A stretch of DNA of 20,000 nt, taken from an uncultured virus (IMG/VR IMGVR_UViG_2623621010_000003) (lineage: Duplodnaviria > Heunggongvirae > Uroviricota > Caudoviricetes). The notes under the pieces are model-generated. The model was not told the DNA's origin, made no database searches, and saw nothing but the letters and a program-made list of their open reading frames with translations. Shown here piece by piece: positions 1 to 8,968 of this stretch. The DNA lies in IMG/VR virus record IMGVR_UViG_2623621010_000003; one strand, 5' to 3'. Position 1 is the stretch's first letter. Each line of letters begins with the position of its first letter. Position numbers and translations under genes: made by a program.

Positions 1-660
1 TTTGGTTTCCATCACTGGATCACCATCTTGATAACTAGGATTCCCTTGGCCATCAAGAACTGGGGTTCCTTCACCATCTAAGACAGGAACTTGCTCAAAG
101 ATAGGATCGCCATTCTCATCGACAACTTGAGTCGGGTTAACTGTGAATGAAATGTTCAAATCGCTAATCGCAGTAACGGTCACATCAAAAGACCATTGTT
201 CAAAAGAAAGACCACAGAAGCGGTCATAAATTGAATTTGGGCATGTGGCCTGAAACTTCCGCGTTAGAATATTGCGGTTTAAGTAAGACTCCCCAGTCTC
301 ACAGACCAAAGTCATCGTATCTGCAGATTCATCAAACTTGGGCTGCGTTACACGTCCTTTGTGCAAGACCAGCGTTTCGTTATTCAAAAGCTCTAAGATG
401 GTGATCGTTATCCCACCATAGAATATCTTATTGATGAATACTGCTTTAAGGTCGTCCCCATCCTGATTAAGCAAATTCATTTGCGGAAAAGTCACTTCGG
501 TATCACATTTATCAATGCTTTCATCTTCAATCACAGTACGTTGTAAGCCACGAACTGGAAGGTATTCAATACTGTTATGGACCACAGTTTTACGTGCACT
601 GGTAAAATTCCAAGTCTTATCCCCATGCTTAAGCTGATACAGCTCGACACGTGTTTTCAT
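1..660 (-). CDS. Phage tail-tip protein, DUF2163/BR0599-like (5' part only; runs off the window)
   Basis: Not in the ORF track. ATG at 660 overlaps the upstream TGA (ATGA). The frame stays open to base 1: MKTRVELYQLKHGDKTWNFTSARK...RKFQATCPNSIYDRFCGL. The C-x7-CG motif and tail position fit this family. Confidence 0.75.
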   Translation of the reverse strand, partial: MKTRVELYQLKHGDKTWNFTSARKTVVHNSIEYLPVRGLQRTVIEDESIDKCDTEVTFPQMNLLNQDGDDLKAVFINKIFYGGITITILELLNNETLVLHKGRVTQPKFDESADTMTLVCETGESYLNRNILTRKFQATCPNSIYDRFCGLSFEQWSFDVTVTAISDLNISFTVNPTQVVDENGDPIFEQVPVLDGEGTPVLDGQGNPSYQDGDPVMETK

Positions 661-1865
661 GAAGATAACTCCGTTATTGGCACCGTGACTTGTGTGATTC
701 CAGCACCTAAAAACTGAAATTCAATTTGATCCGCGTCAAAGCGATGTAGACCTAAATAACAGACCTTTTGAATATCGCTCACGGGCACATTCAAAGCGGG
801 TGAAACCGTCAAAGTCGTTGCTGTTTTTGCTGTAATTGCGTGTGCTGTCCAAATATCATTGACCTTGACTGCAATGTGCTTTCGGTCCGCTTCTAGAATA
901 TAAGCAGTATCTGTATTCAGTACGTTATAGACCGTGCCTGTGTTGGTGATATGCAAATGCTTTTCATACAACGGCATCCAAAATGCTTTTAAACGTCCCA
1001 TTCTCCGAAATAAGAAACGACGGTATTCATGAAATTCTGACCAGTCTTTCAGCACTGACTTAAACGGTTTTATGTAACGTGGCTTGGCATGATGGGTAAA
1101 TTGCTGAAATCCACCAATCGTTCCATCCACAATGCTTTGCTGTTGAGTCAAGGTCATTTCTAAAGAATCGCCATCTAGACGCAGCGGATTGAAGTAAATG
1201 TCGTCGCCCAAGTATTGCATTGGTTCATCACCATCATGTTCTGGCAAATCCTCAGCAATCACACGAAAGACCACCGAAGCATTGGACCAGAAGCCACCCG
1301 AATTGAGTGAGGCATCGCCATCAATAATGCAGATCCGTAAAGGCATAATCACTGCATTGGTTACCGTGATATTTGCTGAAAGTCGAAAGCCATCCTGATA
1401 TTCAGTTTCTAAAGGCTGAATCACTTCATTGGTTTCAGGATCTCGGATTTCCTCTTGGGTGATGATGTAACGCCCGATCTCGGTAATTTCGACCACCTGA
1501 ACACCTTCACGACTCTCTATAAAAGCGAAACCGACTTTTAAGTCGGCTTGAGTATTTGATGTATCCAGGATAATAAAATCATCCTCAGCAATATCAGGAA
1601 TGCTACGTTTCACCTGTCGCAGAGGTATGCCCCAGTAGTTTCGTAAATTGGCATACAACATATGGAACATGTCACCCATGGCTTTCTGCATTTGCACGTA
1701 CTTAAAGCTCAGGATCTGCCGTGGTGCATCTCGCAATGCATTACGCTCTTCACTCCCATCAAATGATTCGTGAACTTCAGTTAAGAACTCAAGCCGTTCA
1801 GTAGATTCAAGTAGAGGGCAATTTGTTAATACATGCACCTCACCATATGCTGTTTGTATTTTCAT
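657..1865 (-). CDS. Putative virion tail-tip/distal tail structural protein
   Basis: 402 aa ORF with GAGG RBS. First structural-type gene after the tape measure gene and translationally coupled to the DUF2163-like gene. Confidence 0.65.
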   Translation of the reverse strand: MKIQTAYGEVHVLTNCPLLESTERLEFLTEVHESFDGSEERNALRDAPRQILSFKYVQMQKAMGDMFHMLYANLRNYWGIPLRQVKRSIPDIAEDDFIILDTSNTQADLKVGFAFIESREGVQVVEITEIGRYIITQEEIRDPETNEVIQPLETEYQDGFRLSANITVTNAVIMPLRICIIDGDASLNSGGFWSNASVVFRVIAEDLPEHDGDEPMQYLGDDIYFNPLRLDGDSLEMTLTQQQSIVDGTIGGFQQFTHHAKPRYIKPFKSVLKDWSEFHEYRRFLFRRMGRLKAFWMPLYEKHLHITNTGTVYNVLNTDTAYILEADRKHIAVKVNDIWTAHAITAKTATTLTVSPALNVPVSDIQKVCYLGLHRFDADQIEFQFLGAGITQVTVPITELSS

Positions 1866-1888
1866 TTTGTCCTCAAATATTAGGCAAT

Positions 1889-1911
1889 AAAAAACCGCCC
1901 ATTTGGACGGT
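1889..1911 (-). terminator. Intrinsic terminator after the 115 aa accessory gene
   Basis: Minus strand ACCGTCC-AAAT-GGGCGG-TTTTTT. Confidence 0.8.
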
Positions 1912-1927
1912 CAAATACAGTATTTAA

Positions 1928-2275
1928 TTAATCAAAAAGTTCTGGATAATCCGTCAGTGCTCTTAAGCAAGTTGCGTTTCTGCCAGTTTCTTCCAGTTCA
2001 CTTTTGGTTGAGAATATACCAACACGAGTTGCATTCCCCATTGTGGTTTCACCATATTGAGCTATACATTGTTTGCTCATTTGGAAAATAGCTTCAGCAA
2101 CTTCGCTGTTCGCGCTTTCTTCATCAAGGTTACATTGTGATTTGATAGTCATCATATAACCTAAGATATCTGCATTATCCTTACAATCATCTAAAGTTAG
2201 ATTATCCAAATCCAAAGCCCATGTATTCATAGCTATTAATGCTAATAAAGTAGTAAATATAGCTTTTAGTTTCAT
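1928..2275 (-). CDS. Secreted 4-Cys hypothetical protein (moron)
   Basis: 115 aa with a Sec-type signal (MKLK-hydrophobic-TWA/L) and 4 Cys in the mature part. GAGGG RBS, AT-rich upstream spacer and its own terminator, inserted in the tail operon. Confidence 0.8.
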   Translation of the reverse strand: MKLKAIFTTLLALIAMNTWALDLDNLTLDDCKDNADILGYMMTIKSQCNLDEESANSEVAEAIFQMSKQCIAQYGETTMGNATRVGIFSTKSELEETGRNATCLRALTDYPELFD

Positions 2276-2402
2276 TTCACCCTCTTCAAAAAATTATTTT
2301 TTTCATGAATTTTCAAACAGATGAATCATACTAAAAACTATATTCACTAGCCATAGGTTTACCCAATATCCCCCTAATATTGAAAATTGCCTAGAACGGT
2401 GG

Positions 2403-5400
2403 TTACCGTTTCGCATAGCCAGTTCGTTTCATATGATAAAGAAAGGCTTTTTGACCGTCTGGGCTATATAGAAGTTCTTTTGCTTCATCCTCATTTTTAA
2501 CCATAATGACTCGCAATTGGTTATCGATGACTTGTTTCTGTGACTGAGTAGCCTGCTCACGATAACCATTCATTTTGGAACTTTGCATATTCAGGACTTT
2601 AGGAGCATCAAGGACCAATCCTCCATCTGCAAAACCATTCTTAATAGACTGGCGTAAAGCAAAGAACCCTGCTGGACCACCCAATGCTGCAATTTCTTCT
2701 TGCGTCAAGACACCTTCACCACGGTGAACAATACCAGCAGGCTCATACTTACCACCATAACCAGTGAAGCCACCACCTGCAAAGCCTTGAATAGCCATCG
2801 ATGAAATAGTTGCCAAAGCAGGTACTAATGCAGTCATGACAGCCATACCGCCTGCGAACTTTTGCGGTAAGGTCATTGCACTTGGATCAGCAAATGCCTG
2901 TGTATATGCAGTCCAAGCCGCAACTACTGAAGATGCAACAGAAAATGCCTGCTGCATGGCAAACATTGTTCGGTATGAACCAGACTGCTCACCTGCACTA
3001 TCTTTGACTGATTGAGTCAGTTGTGAAAATGTATTTTGTCCATTCGACAAAAGCCCTTGCCACATATCCAATTGCTGTTGGTACTGATCCAAAGCCATTT
3101 GCTTTGTACTGGCAAGGTAATCAGCATCCAAAGCCTTCATGTTTTCAAGATGGAGCTTCTTGGCTAACTCAATTAGCTCATAGCGCTTTTCAACCTCATC
3201 AGGTGCACCATATTCATTCCCAATTTGATTAACGCTATTTGTATAGCGGTCAAATTCAGCAGATTTAGCCTGCTTTGACGTAATACTTAGGCTTGTATTC
3301 TGATATTGAAGTGAGTTCTTGCCATACTTACTTACAACACCAAATAAAGAAATTGCATCCTCAGCATTTGCTAATTGCCCAAGTAAGTCATTTTTTGATG
3401 TATCGAACTTTTCCTTTTGGGCACGGCGATAGTTTTCAACATCCTCTTGATAAGCGATCTTTTGCTTTTCTGTATACTCCTTGATAGCAGTCTGATCACC
3501 TGCGAATGCTTTTTGAATAAGAAGCAACTTCTCCTTATTATCTTCAGCCATTTGCTCTTCTTCAGTGAAGTAAATTTGCATAACAGATTTTCTTCGTTCT
3601 TCTGCTTGCTTTTTTTCCTCCTCGATTTCGGCTTCGGTATCTTTGACTAATTCAACAGCAGCTTTAGCATCTGAAACAGCTTCGGCATTGCCTTTATATC
3701 CAAGTACCGAAACATGTAAATGCCCACCTGTGGCTCGTGAAGATTTCTGCTTATACTCATCCAAAACACGAATAACAAAACCATAGCTCTTTGCAAGTTT
3801 TTTAAGCTCCGCTACGGTTACAGCAGATTTAGCTGAATCGGCAATAGTGAAGTCAAAAGCATTTCCTGTCGCATGCTTGCTATTTGTTCCTTTGTGGTAG
3901 GTATCATTGAATGCGGTAAATCTCTTTAATTCATCTCCAAGTTGTTTTTGAGCCAGGTGTGCAAAATCAGCTGTATACGCTCTGATTTGCCCTCCTGCGA
4001 TTGATTCAGCAGATTTAATTCTTAAACCACTGAGAGCTGAAGCACCAACCAACTTATTCAGCTTTTCCTGTGATTCAACTTGTTTGCGGTTTGATTCTTC
4101 AATTTTCTTCTCAGACTCTTCACGCGCCTTGGTTTGTTGTTGAAGCTTATAGCCTGCCTCAACTTGTTTAATTTCTTGAGCAGATAATGAAGCTCCTATA
4201 AAACTCAGCCCAGCGTTTTGTCGATAATCGGCAAAATATTCTGCCTTATCTCGACTCCAACCAGCAGCCATATTCGCATCAATATAATTAGCTTTAGCAA
4301 CTTGATCCTGAATATCCTTTAGCGCCTCTCGTTGCTTTTGGGTTAAGATTGAAAATGCACTAGCCTGATCAACAATTGATCTGATATTTTCTTGATTTAT
4401 TTTAGTACTTTCTTTAACTTTACCGTTATATGCAGCAAGGATAGATTTTGCATTATTGACTGCATTAGACTCTTTGCCAACTGCCTCTGACTTACTATCA
4501 ATACTTGATTTTGCAGCATTACTTACTGTCATCAAGCTATTAACTGCTGTAGCCAACTGATTTGAACTAATTTTACCTTGTCGATACTGTTCGAAAAGTT
4601 GAGAGGCAATCTCACGGTCTTTTTCCGAAACTTGAGAATTACGTGTGATTGCATCTATAAGCCCAAGAAGCTCATTTCTTTGTTCTCGATAAACTTTATT
4701 GGCCTCGTTAAGTTCATCAGTTGCTTTTCGAGTGAGTACACGCTTCTGAGTGGCATCCAGCTTTTCATATTCTGCTGTTAATTCAGCAATCGATTTACCC
4801 TGTGTACTTAAAGATGGATCTAAAGAATCGCTAGACTTTTTCATATACAGAAATGCTGCTCCAGCAGCAATCCCCTGAACAGCTAGCATAGCTAAACCAG
4901 TTGGTCCACCAAGAAACGCCATTGCCCCCTGAAGCATCCCCATACTAGCTGCAGTTCCGGTAGCCCTACCTTGAAGTGCCATTAATGATACTTCCATTAC
5001 CCCTGCACGAATTGCAGCCATAGTAAATGTGCCTGCTAAAATTGCCCCCTGAACAACTAACTTAGTTGCTATCGCAGCGGTTAGTGCAAGAGCTACCGAT
5101 TTAATATCATCCATATTATCGGATACAGTTTGAATTACTGGTACAACAGCATTCACAAAAGTCGCTTGCAAGCCTTCCCATTGTAAATTTAATAACTGGA
5201 CATTTTCTTTAGCCAACACAAGGCTTTGAATCATATCATCTGACAAAATTGCATTGGCTCTTTCAGCAGCATCCCCCCATTTATTAAAGCCTTCACCACC
5301 ATTTTCAAGCAATGGAATAAGCAGCGACGAATCAGAAATGATCGCTTCCATATAAAACTTCATATCATTCTGGGTAGCATTTACTTTTTGAAGCGAGTTG

Positions 5401-5885
5401 TAATACAACTGTAACGCCTCTGGACCTGAAAGTTTCTGAAATTGCTGAATGGTTACGCCAACTCTTGGGGCAATATTCTCAAAAAAGTCCGCCAATGGAC
5501 CTCCACCAGATTGATGAAAATCACCAATACGATCCTGCATATCTTTCATTTTGTCTGCAAAAGACTCCATTGAGATACCTGCTGTTTCAGCACCTTTTGC
5601 GTAATATTGGAAATCTCTAAAAGTAGTATTTGCCAATTGTGCAAATTTCTTAATATCACTGCCTGTTTGAATCGTTTGATCAGCAAAAGCAACTAAACCA
5701 CCTACTGAAATTCCTGCGACAGCTGCGCCCAATGCAGTCGCAGCCACAGTTGCAACGCTAAAACTGTCTGCAATATTATTGCTTGAATTTCTTGCTTGAC
5801 GTTCCGCTCTTGTCATTGGCCCAGTAAAACTCCCAATTCGTGCGACTAAATCTAGGGTTAGTCTGCCCAGTGAAGCTGCTGCCAT
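2403..5885 (-). CDS. Tail tape measure protein with internal M15/LAS-like Zn-peptidase motifs
   Basis: 1160 aa, Ala/Gln-rich and helical, downstream of the chaperone genes. N-terminal SLGRLTLDLVA and C-terminal GFAGGGFTGYGGKYEPAGIVHRGEGV are typical of lambdoid TMPs. Internal SKHATGNAFD...GGHLHVS. Confidence 0.95.
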   Translation of the reverse strand: MAAASLGRLTLDLVARIGSFTGPMTRAERQARNSSNNIADSFSVATVAATALGAAVAGISVGGLVAFADQTIQTGSDIKKFAQLANTTFRDFQYYAKGAETAGISMESFADKMKDMQDRIGDFHQSGGGPLADFFENIAPRVGVTIQQFQKLSGPEALQLYYNSLQKVNATQNDMKFYMEAIISDSSLLIPLLENGGEGFNKWGDAAERANAILSDDMIQSLVLAKENVQLLNLQWEGLQATFVNAVVPVIQTVSDNMDDIKSVALALTAAIATKLVVQGAILAGTFTMAAIRAGVMEVSLMALQGRATGTAASMGMLQGAMAFLGGPTGLAMLAVQGIAAGAAFLYMKKSSDSLDPSLSTQGKSIAELTAEYEKLDATQKRVLTRKATDELNEANKVYREQRNELLGLIDAITRNSQVSEKDREIASQLFEQYRQGKISSNQLATAVNSLMTVSNAAKSSIDSKSEAVGKESNAVNNAKSILAAYNGKVKESTKINQENIRSIVDQASAFSILTQKQREALKDIQDQVAKANYIDANMAAGWSRDKAEYFADYRQNAGLSFIGASLSAQEIKQVEAGYKLQQQTKAREESEKKIEESNRKQVESQEKLNKLVGASALSGLRIKSAESIAGGQIRAYTADFAHLAQKQLGDELKRFTAFNDTYHKGTNSKHATGNAFDFTIADSAKSAVTVAELKKLAKSYGFVIRVLDEYKQKSSRATGGHLHVSVLGYKGNAEAVSDAKAAVELVKDTEAEIEEEKKQAEERRKSVMQIYFTEEEQMAEDNKEKLLLIQKAFAGDQTAIKEYTEKQKIAYQEDVENYRRAQKEKFDTSKNDLLGQLANAEDAISLFGVVSKYGKNSLQYQNTSLSITSKQAKSAEFDRYTNSVNQIGNEYGAPDEVEKRYELIELAKKLHLENMKALDADYLASTKQMALDQYQQQLDMWQGLLSNGQNTFSQLTQSVKDSAGEQSGSYRTMFAMQQAFSVASSVVAAWTAYTQAFADPSAMTLPQKFAGGMAVMTALVPALATISSMAIQGFAGGGFTGYGGKYEPAGIVHRGEGVLTQEEIAALGGPAGFFALRQSIKNGFADGGLVLDAPKVLNMQSSKMNGYREQATQSQKQVIDNQLRVIMVKNEDEAKELLYSPDGQKAFLYHMKRTGYAKR

Positions 5886-5903
5886 AACTTTTCCTCAGGC
5901 AAT

Positions 5904-5925
5904 AAAAAACCTCCTGAAGGAGGCT
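5904..5925 (-). terminator. Intrinsic terminator before the tape measure gene
   Basis: Minus strand GCCTCC-TTCA-GGAGG-TTTTTT. Confidence 0.7.
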
Positions 5926-5981
5926 GTCTTTATTTATGATGCTCTATCTAGGAGCAGGAGAAACCAACCTAAGCTGATTCC

Positions 5982-6293
5982 TTACCCCGCACCAAAATTA
6001 GCTTCCATATATTCTTCAAGAGATATTTCCTTACGCTGTTCATTTGGCATGAAGTCATAAGGATCTACTTCCTTGTGAATCTTCAAGCTAGTGTAATGCG
6101 CTGTCCAGTTACCAAAAGCATGTTCGAGCCTACGCCCAAAAAATAAAGAGCCATACTTTTTACGGTAGGCTCTCCAAATGTTTAGTTCAGCATTGTTTAT
6201 GTTTGCTTGCGCTTCTTCGATGGTACTTCCACCGATTCCGTTGAGGACAAGTTCGCACCAGAATTCATTTCGCTCGAATTCTTCTTCGGTGAC
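5982..6293 (-). CDS. Tail assembly chaperone -1 frameshift extension (gpT part of gpGT)
   Basis: Not in the ORF track. 103 open codons after the slippery heptamer with no obvious start: VTEEEFERNEFWCELVLNGIGGSTIEEAQ...WRAYRKKYGSL...DFMPNE...FGAG*. Confidence 0.88.
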   Translation of the reverse strand, partial: VTEEEFERNEFWCELVLNGIGGSTIEEAQANINNAELNIWRAYRKKYGSLFFGRRLEHAFGNWTAHYTSLKIHKEVDPYDFMPNEQRKEISLEEYMEANFGAG

Positions 6294-6727
6294 TTTCCCG
6301 TAAAGTTGTTCACCTTGTCAGCTTCTTGATATACCGCATCAATGAACTTTGGATCAGAAGTATATACATCAGTAAGTGAAGTGAAAAACGGCGTTCCTTT
6401 CCCATCTTCACAAATCGAACCAATCAAACGTGAAGCGACCAAACGACTACCATTGATTTCTTTTAACACTGGGTCATCTGGGTTTGTCACGACATCCCAT
6501 TCAAAAGCCTTTGCTACTTCTTGCTGAGCAATGAATGAAAGTCGCTTAATAAAGACCTGTCCTTCAAGTTCAACTTCATCACCGACAGTCATCTCCGATT
6601 TACTCGTAAGCTCTTTAAGGTCTTCAAGGTTCTCTTCTGTAGCAAATACCTTCCATGTTACTGTTCGCTCAATTGGCGCACCACTTTGGGTAACTTTTCG
6701 AAGGGCTTTAAGATTTGTTTTAGCCAT
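6197..6727 (-). CDS. Tail assembly chaperone (gpG-like)
   Basis: 176 aa between tail tube and TMP. Contains G GGA AAG in frame. Confidence 0.85.
   Translation of the reverse strand: MAKTNLKALRKVTQSGAPIERTVTWKVFATEENLEDLKELTSKSEMTVGDEVELEGQVFIKRLSFIAQQEVAKAFEWDVVTNPDDPVLKEINGSRLVASRLIGSICEDGKGTPFFTSLTDVYTSDPKFIDAVYQEADKVNNFTGKSPKKNSSEMNSGANLSSTESVEVPSKKRKQT
6293..6299 (-). other. Programmed -1 ribosomal frameshift slippery site GGGAAAG
   Basis: Same heptamer as lambda G/GT, in the correct phase (ACG GGA AAG), followed by a long open -1 frame. Confidence 0.88.
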
Positions 6728-7194
6728 TATGGAATCACTCGCGGGGTTGTGATGACAGCGGATGTACGTACCAAGGTGAAGGTGTAACCAATTAATGAGT
6801 CCTGTTCAACGGTTGGTGCTGCTGGGTTTAAGTAGCCTTGGAAAGACCACCAAATTCGTGTTTCAGGTAGATCAATACCTGTCGTAACATCATAAGTTGG
6901 CGGTGTTTGGTTATGACTGGAACCAACATACCACTCAACCTTTTCACCAGAATCAGCTAACGCGATAAGCTGTAAATGGCTTGCGTTTTCATCATCTAGG
7001 TCAATCTTAATGGAACCTTCACCAGGATCTCGTAAACCGCGCTCATAATCCTTCGTGTCTGAATCCAAGCAAGTTGCATCAATCTTAGAAAAGGAATCCT
7101 CTCCAAAAGTAAATGCTTTAGGGCAACTGAAGCGTACAACTGCACCTGCGATAACAGCAAATACTTGCGTACGTTGCGCTTTAATACGTGCCAT
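6727..7194 (-). CDS. Major tail (tube) protein
   Basis: 155 aa with GAGGAG RBS. IDATCLDSDTKDYERGLRDPGEGS matches the tail-tube motif (I..T.L.....Y..GL.D.G). Synteny fits. Confidence 0.88.
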   Translation of the reverse strand: MARIKAQRTQVFAVIAGAVVRFSCPKAFTFGEDSFSKIDATCLDSDTKDYERGLRDPGEGSIKIDLDDENASHLQLIALADSGEKVEWYVGSSHNQTPPTYDVTTGIDLPETRIWWSFQGYLNPAAPTVEQDSLIGYTFTLVRTSAVITTPRVIP

Positions 7195-7220
7195 GAGTAG
7201 CTACTCCTCTTTTTAGGCAT

Positions 7221-7244
7221 AAAAAACCGCCCTTTAAGGCGGTT
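7221..7244 (-). terminator. Intrinsic terminator between the neck genes and tail tube
   Basis: Minus strand AACCGCC-TTAAAG-GGCGG-TTTTTT. Confidence 0.7.
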
Positions 7245-7263
7245 AAGTTGGAAAATAAATCTG

Positions 7264-7635
7264 TTATCTGTTTAACCACCAATTCGCATCAAACCCACGT
7301 CCAAAAACATTAGTATCGAGAATTCGCTCAAAATGGTTGGGGTGAATACTGGTTACATAACAATATGGTTCAAGTGCAGTACGAATGGCTGCTCGAATAT
7401 CAGAAGCACGCTTTTGACTGCTGTCATAAACCACGATCTGGAATGAGACATGATCAATATCCGCTGCACAGTCCAAGTTGTTTTCAGGATTTGCAGTCAC
7501 AACTGACCAAACTGCATAAGGATATGTTGTGCCTGTTGGTGCAATATCCTCAAACACTTTTAAGGGGTTATTCCCTAGTAATGCTGTGACATTTGAATCT
7601 GCTTTTAATGTTGGAACCACTGGAAGAATATTCAT
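7264..7635 (-). CDS. Tail completion/terminator protein (DUF3168-like)
   Basis: 123 aa with APTGTTYPYAVW and FQIVVY motifs, just upstream of the tail tube. Confidence 0.8.
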   Translation of the reverse strand: MNILPVVPTLKADSNVTALLGNNPLKVFEDIAPTGTTYPYAVWSVVTANPENNLDCAADIDHVSFQIVVYDSSQKRASDIRAAIRTALEPYCYVTSIHPNHFERILDTNVFGRGFDANWWLNR

Positions 7636-8123
7636 AGTTTTGCAAGTTCCTTATCGAGCTCAGTACTAAAGTTCTGTGCAAATGAATCTGTCACAGCCTG
7701 AATATTGTTCTCTAAAGCAGGTCGCATAAATGGGGTTGGTGGTTGTCTGGATGTACCAAACTCTAGAAATCTCCAATAAAATACGCGGCCATCAGTTTGG
7801 TAAGACTGACCTACTCTGCCTGATCGTCTATTTTGAGCATTGTTTGTATATGGAGTTCTTGCCCCACCACGGACACCAACTCGCATAACCACAGTATTTT
7901 TGTCCCTAGACTTGCCAGGCTGCATTACAATTTCTTTATAGATTTGCTCTGATGTACTTGGATCATCTAAAGTCTTTGCATTGTTACGTGCTGCATCACG
8001 GACAATTGCCATAGCTTTACGCGCTGAACGCCTTGCAGCATTTTTTGCTAAACGTGGATTAGCCAAGGCTCTGAGCTTTCGCTCAATTTCATCCATCCCC
8101 GTTATTTCAACCTCAACAACCAT
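7632..8123 (-). CDS. HK97 gp10-family tail/neck component
   Basis: Contains FYWRFLEFGTSRQPPTPFMRPAL, typical of the HK97 gp10 family. Confidence 0.9.
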   Translation of the reverse strand: MVVEVEITGMDEIERKLRALANPRLAKNAARRSARKAMAIVRDAARNNAKTLDDPSTSEQIYKEIVMQPGKSRDKNTVVMRVGVRGGARTPYTNNAQNRRSGRVGQSYQTDGRVFYWRFLEFGTSRQPPTPFMRPALENNIQAVTDSFAQNFSTELDKELAKL

Positions 8124-8126
8124 GGC

Positions 8127-8453
8127 CTACTCCATTACTGCAAGCTCCAACGTCATGTAGATCTTACCGTTCTCATTGTCAGGCTTAGGCGGCGAAACAA
8201 TCTGAAAGGTGTATCCATCCCAAAGCACGCGCATTTCTGTGGTGATATCACTACGTTTACGTAGTTTTAAGCGTGCTGTAGTTTGTGAACCAGCAGCCTT
8301 GGCATTGATTGAGTCTTTAACTGATAAAAACTCAACCTTAGCCCAAAGCTTTTTGAACTCAGCCCACATTTCTGTTTCGTAGTTGTTTTCATCGTAAGTG
8401 CTGGTTTTATTTTGGATCGTGACTCGGTGGCAGAGTTCTTGGGTTAAGTCCAT
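8127..8453 (-). CDS. Head closure / head-tail adaptor protein
   Basis: 108 aa with HRVTIQ...W....KLWAKV...ITTEMRVLWDG pattern. Synteny fits. Confidence 0.88.
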   Translation of the reverse strand: MDLTQELCHRVTIQNKTSTYDENNYETEMWAEFKKLWAKVEFLSVKDSINAKAAGSQTTARLKLRKRSDITTEMRVLWDGYTFQIVSPPKPDNENGKIYMTLELAVME

Positions 8454-8456
8454 AAA

Positions 8457-8744
8457 TTAAACTCCCATTTCTCTGAATTTTTGCAACAATGACCAATAAG
8501 CCTGTGGTTTATCGTCTAAGCTTCGGCTGTAACGGTACTGAACAAAGATAAGGCGTGCAGAATCTAATGCTTCGTTATCAACCAAATCTGTTTCATTGAT
8601 ACGGTCTGCTTCATCAGCAATAATCTTGCGGTCTAGATCATTCTGAATTACGACGTTGGCTTCAGCAATCCAGTCCTCTATAAGATCATCTTCAGTGTCA
8701 TCGTCTACTCGACAATGCTTTTTAGCTTTCTGTAGATCGATCAT
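8457..8744 (-). CDS. Head-tail connector (HK97 gp6-like)
   Basis: N-terminal IDLQKAKKHCRVDDDTEDDLI, typical of gp6. Confidence 0.88.
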   Translation of the reverse strand: MIDLQKAKKHCRVDDDTEDDLIEDWIAEANVVIQNDLDRKIIADEADRINETDLVDNEALDSARLIFVQYRYSRSLDDKPQAYWSLLQKFREMGV

Positions 8745-8922
8745 CTGGTTTCACCTGCTTGGCTGGTGTTTTCTTAACTTTTGGCTCAACTACTTCAGAA
8801 GCTTCCGCTAATACCCCTTTAGCAACTAAATGCTTTACATCATTAGGATTGGCTTCTCGTTGTTCACCTGTACGATAGAATTTATCGCCATAGTGCTCGC
8901 GCTTAACTGTATAAATTGCCAT
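8722..8922 (-). CDS. Small hypothetical phage protein following the capsid gene
   Basis: 66 aa with GGAG RBS and a Lys/Pro-rich tail; overlaps the connector start. Confidence 0.7.
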   Translation of the reverse strand: MAIYTVKREHYGDKFYRTGEQREANPNDVKHLVAKGVLAEASEVVEPKVKKTPAKQVKPDDRSTES

Positions 8923-8934
8923 TTTAAACTCCAG

Positions 8935-8961
8935 AAATAAGGGGCTAAATGCCCCTTATTT
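8935..8961 (-). terminator. Terminator/hairpin after the major capsid gene
   Basis: Perfect 11-bp inverted repeat AAATAAGGGGC-TAAAT-GCCCCTTATTT. Confidence 0.8.
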
Positions 8962-8968
8962 AAATCGA

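Noticed and set aside
6996..7220. 74 aa alternative-frame minus-strand ORF over the tail tube start; likewise 9787-9984 within the capsid gene
   Set aside because: Nested out of frame in strong genes, with no RBS or motif support.
1882..7230. Recurring GGTTTTTTAT(T)GCCT after terminators at about 1890, 5905 and 7222
   Set aside because: A common terminator-tail context in gammaproteobacterial phages, explained by the terminators themselves.
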